From a virus (taxonomy: Duplodnaviria > Caudoviricetes), in the IMG/VR virus record IMGVR_UViG_3300049444_000051, positions 3,041-67,040 of that record: a stretch of DNA of 64,000 nt, one strand, 5' to 3'. A program made the position numbers and the translations under genes. The notes below the pieces were generated by a model, which made no database searches, was not told the origin of the DNA, and saw only the letters and a list, made by a program, of their open reading frames with translations. Shown piece after piece: positions 63,700 to 64,000 of this stretch. How positions within the stretch are numbered: position 1 is the first letter of the stretch; each line of letters opens with the position of its first letter.

Positions 63700-64000
63700 C
63701 TATCCTATGCGCCAGTTGGTACCGTCACAAAATACGGGCACGGCATTATTGCTGCCCCCAGCGACGATAGCAGCGAAATTGCCGCTTGCGGCAACAGTGC
63801 TGTCGGTCACAAACATCGATAGTCCCTTTAGCCCAGCCTTAGGGGCGGGAAGACCAGCAACCACATACACCCCTTGTCCGGCCATATCGTAATCATGTAC
63901 CTGCGACGAACAGAAGGTGAGCAACTTCGCTGGGTATCGAAATTGGTTGTTCCTGATGAACAAGCTGCCACCATCACTATTTCCAAGTATAACCGTCTCT
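63700..64000 (-). CDS. C-terminal end of a tailspike/fibre-like protein (5' end outside window)
   Basis: Frame open to the window edge; VAGLPA..FVTDST..VAGGSNNAVPVFCDGTNWRIG resembles C-termini of phage tailspike proteins. Confidence 0.55.
   Translation of the reverse strand, partial: ETVILGNSDGGSLFIRNNQFRYPAKLLTFCSSQVHDYDMAGQGVYVVAGLPAPKAGLKGLSMFVTDSTVAASGNFAAIVAGGSNNAVPVFCDGTNWRIG

Noticed and set aside
1-64000. tRNA genes, integrase, terminase, introns/inteins, stop-codon reassignment
   Set aside because: None recognised by eye; genes tile densely under the standard code. tRNAscan-SE and HMM searches would be needed to exclude them formally

Overview
This window is most of the genome of a tailed dsDNA phage with siphovirus-type architecture (tail tube plus tape measure, no sheath). 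The host is probably alphaproteobacterial (Hyphomicrobiales-like), inferred from a GcrA homolog and a VPxP-GAGxPG exosortase-type sorting signal. Left end: a leftward Prim-Pol/PriCT-2/VapE primase-helicase that runs off the window. About 2.8-19.2 kb (+): early/replication operon with family-A DNA polymerase, Cas4-like exonuclease, VRR-NUC nuclease, SNF2 helicase, SSB-like protein, adenine methyltransferase, many small ORFs and a self-contained PEP-CTERM-like moron. About 19.2-64 kb (-): late region. In reading order it holds a fibre/lectin island, DUF1073 portal, lysis cassette, GcrA, MuF, a cluster of 4 glycosyltransferases and 2 methyltransferases, DUF2213 protease/scaffold, decoration protein, DUF2184 capsid, connectors, tail tube, G/GT chaperones, a 2615-aa tape measure, and tail tip and LamG proteins. 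No terminase, integrase, tRNA or CRISPR array was recognised. Best candidate for an undescribed system: three head-module genes carry extra 'cargo' segments that begin near an Asp with a shared short tag (four copies: NHDPNTGEFTS, YNENHDPITGEFAS, YSPDQPRGPDGKWAS, YDPNEPRDPQGQWTS). One cargo is an intact VIP2-like ADP-ribosyltransferase fused to the portal. This suggests protease-released, capsid-loaded effectors. Second candidate: a virion-glycosylation cluster embedded among the head genes. All family assignments come from motif recognition by eye, not database searches.
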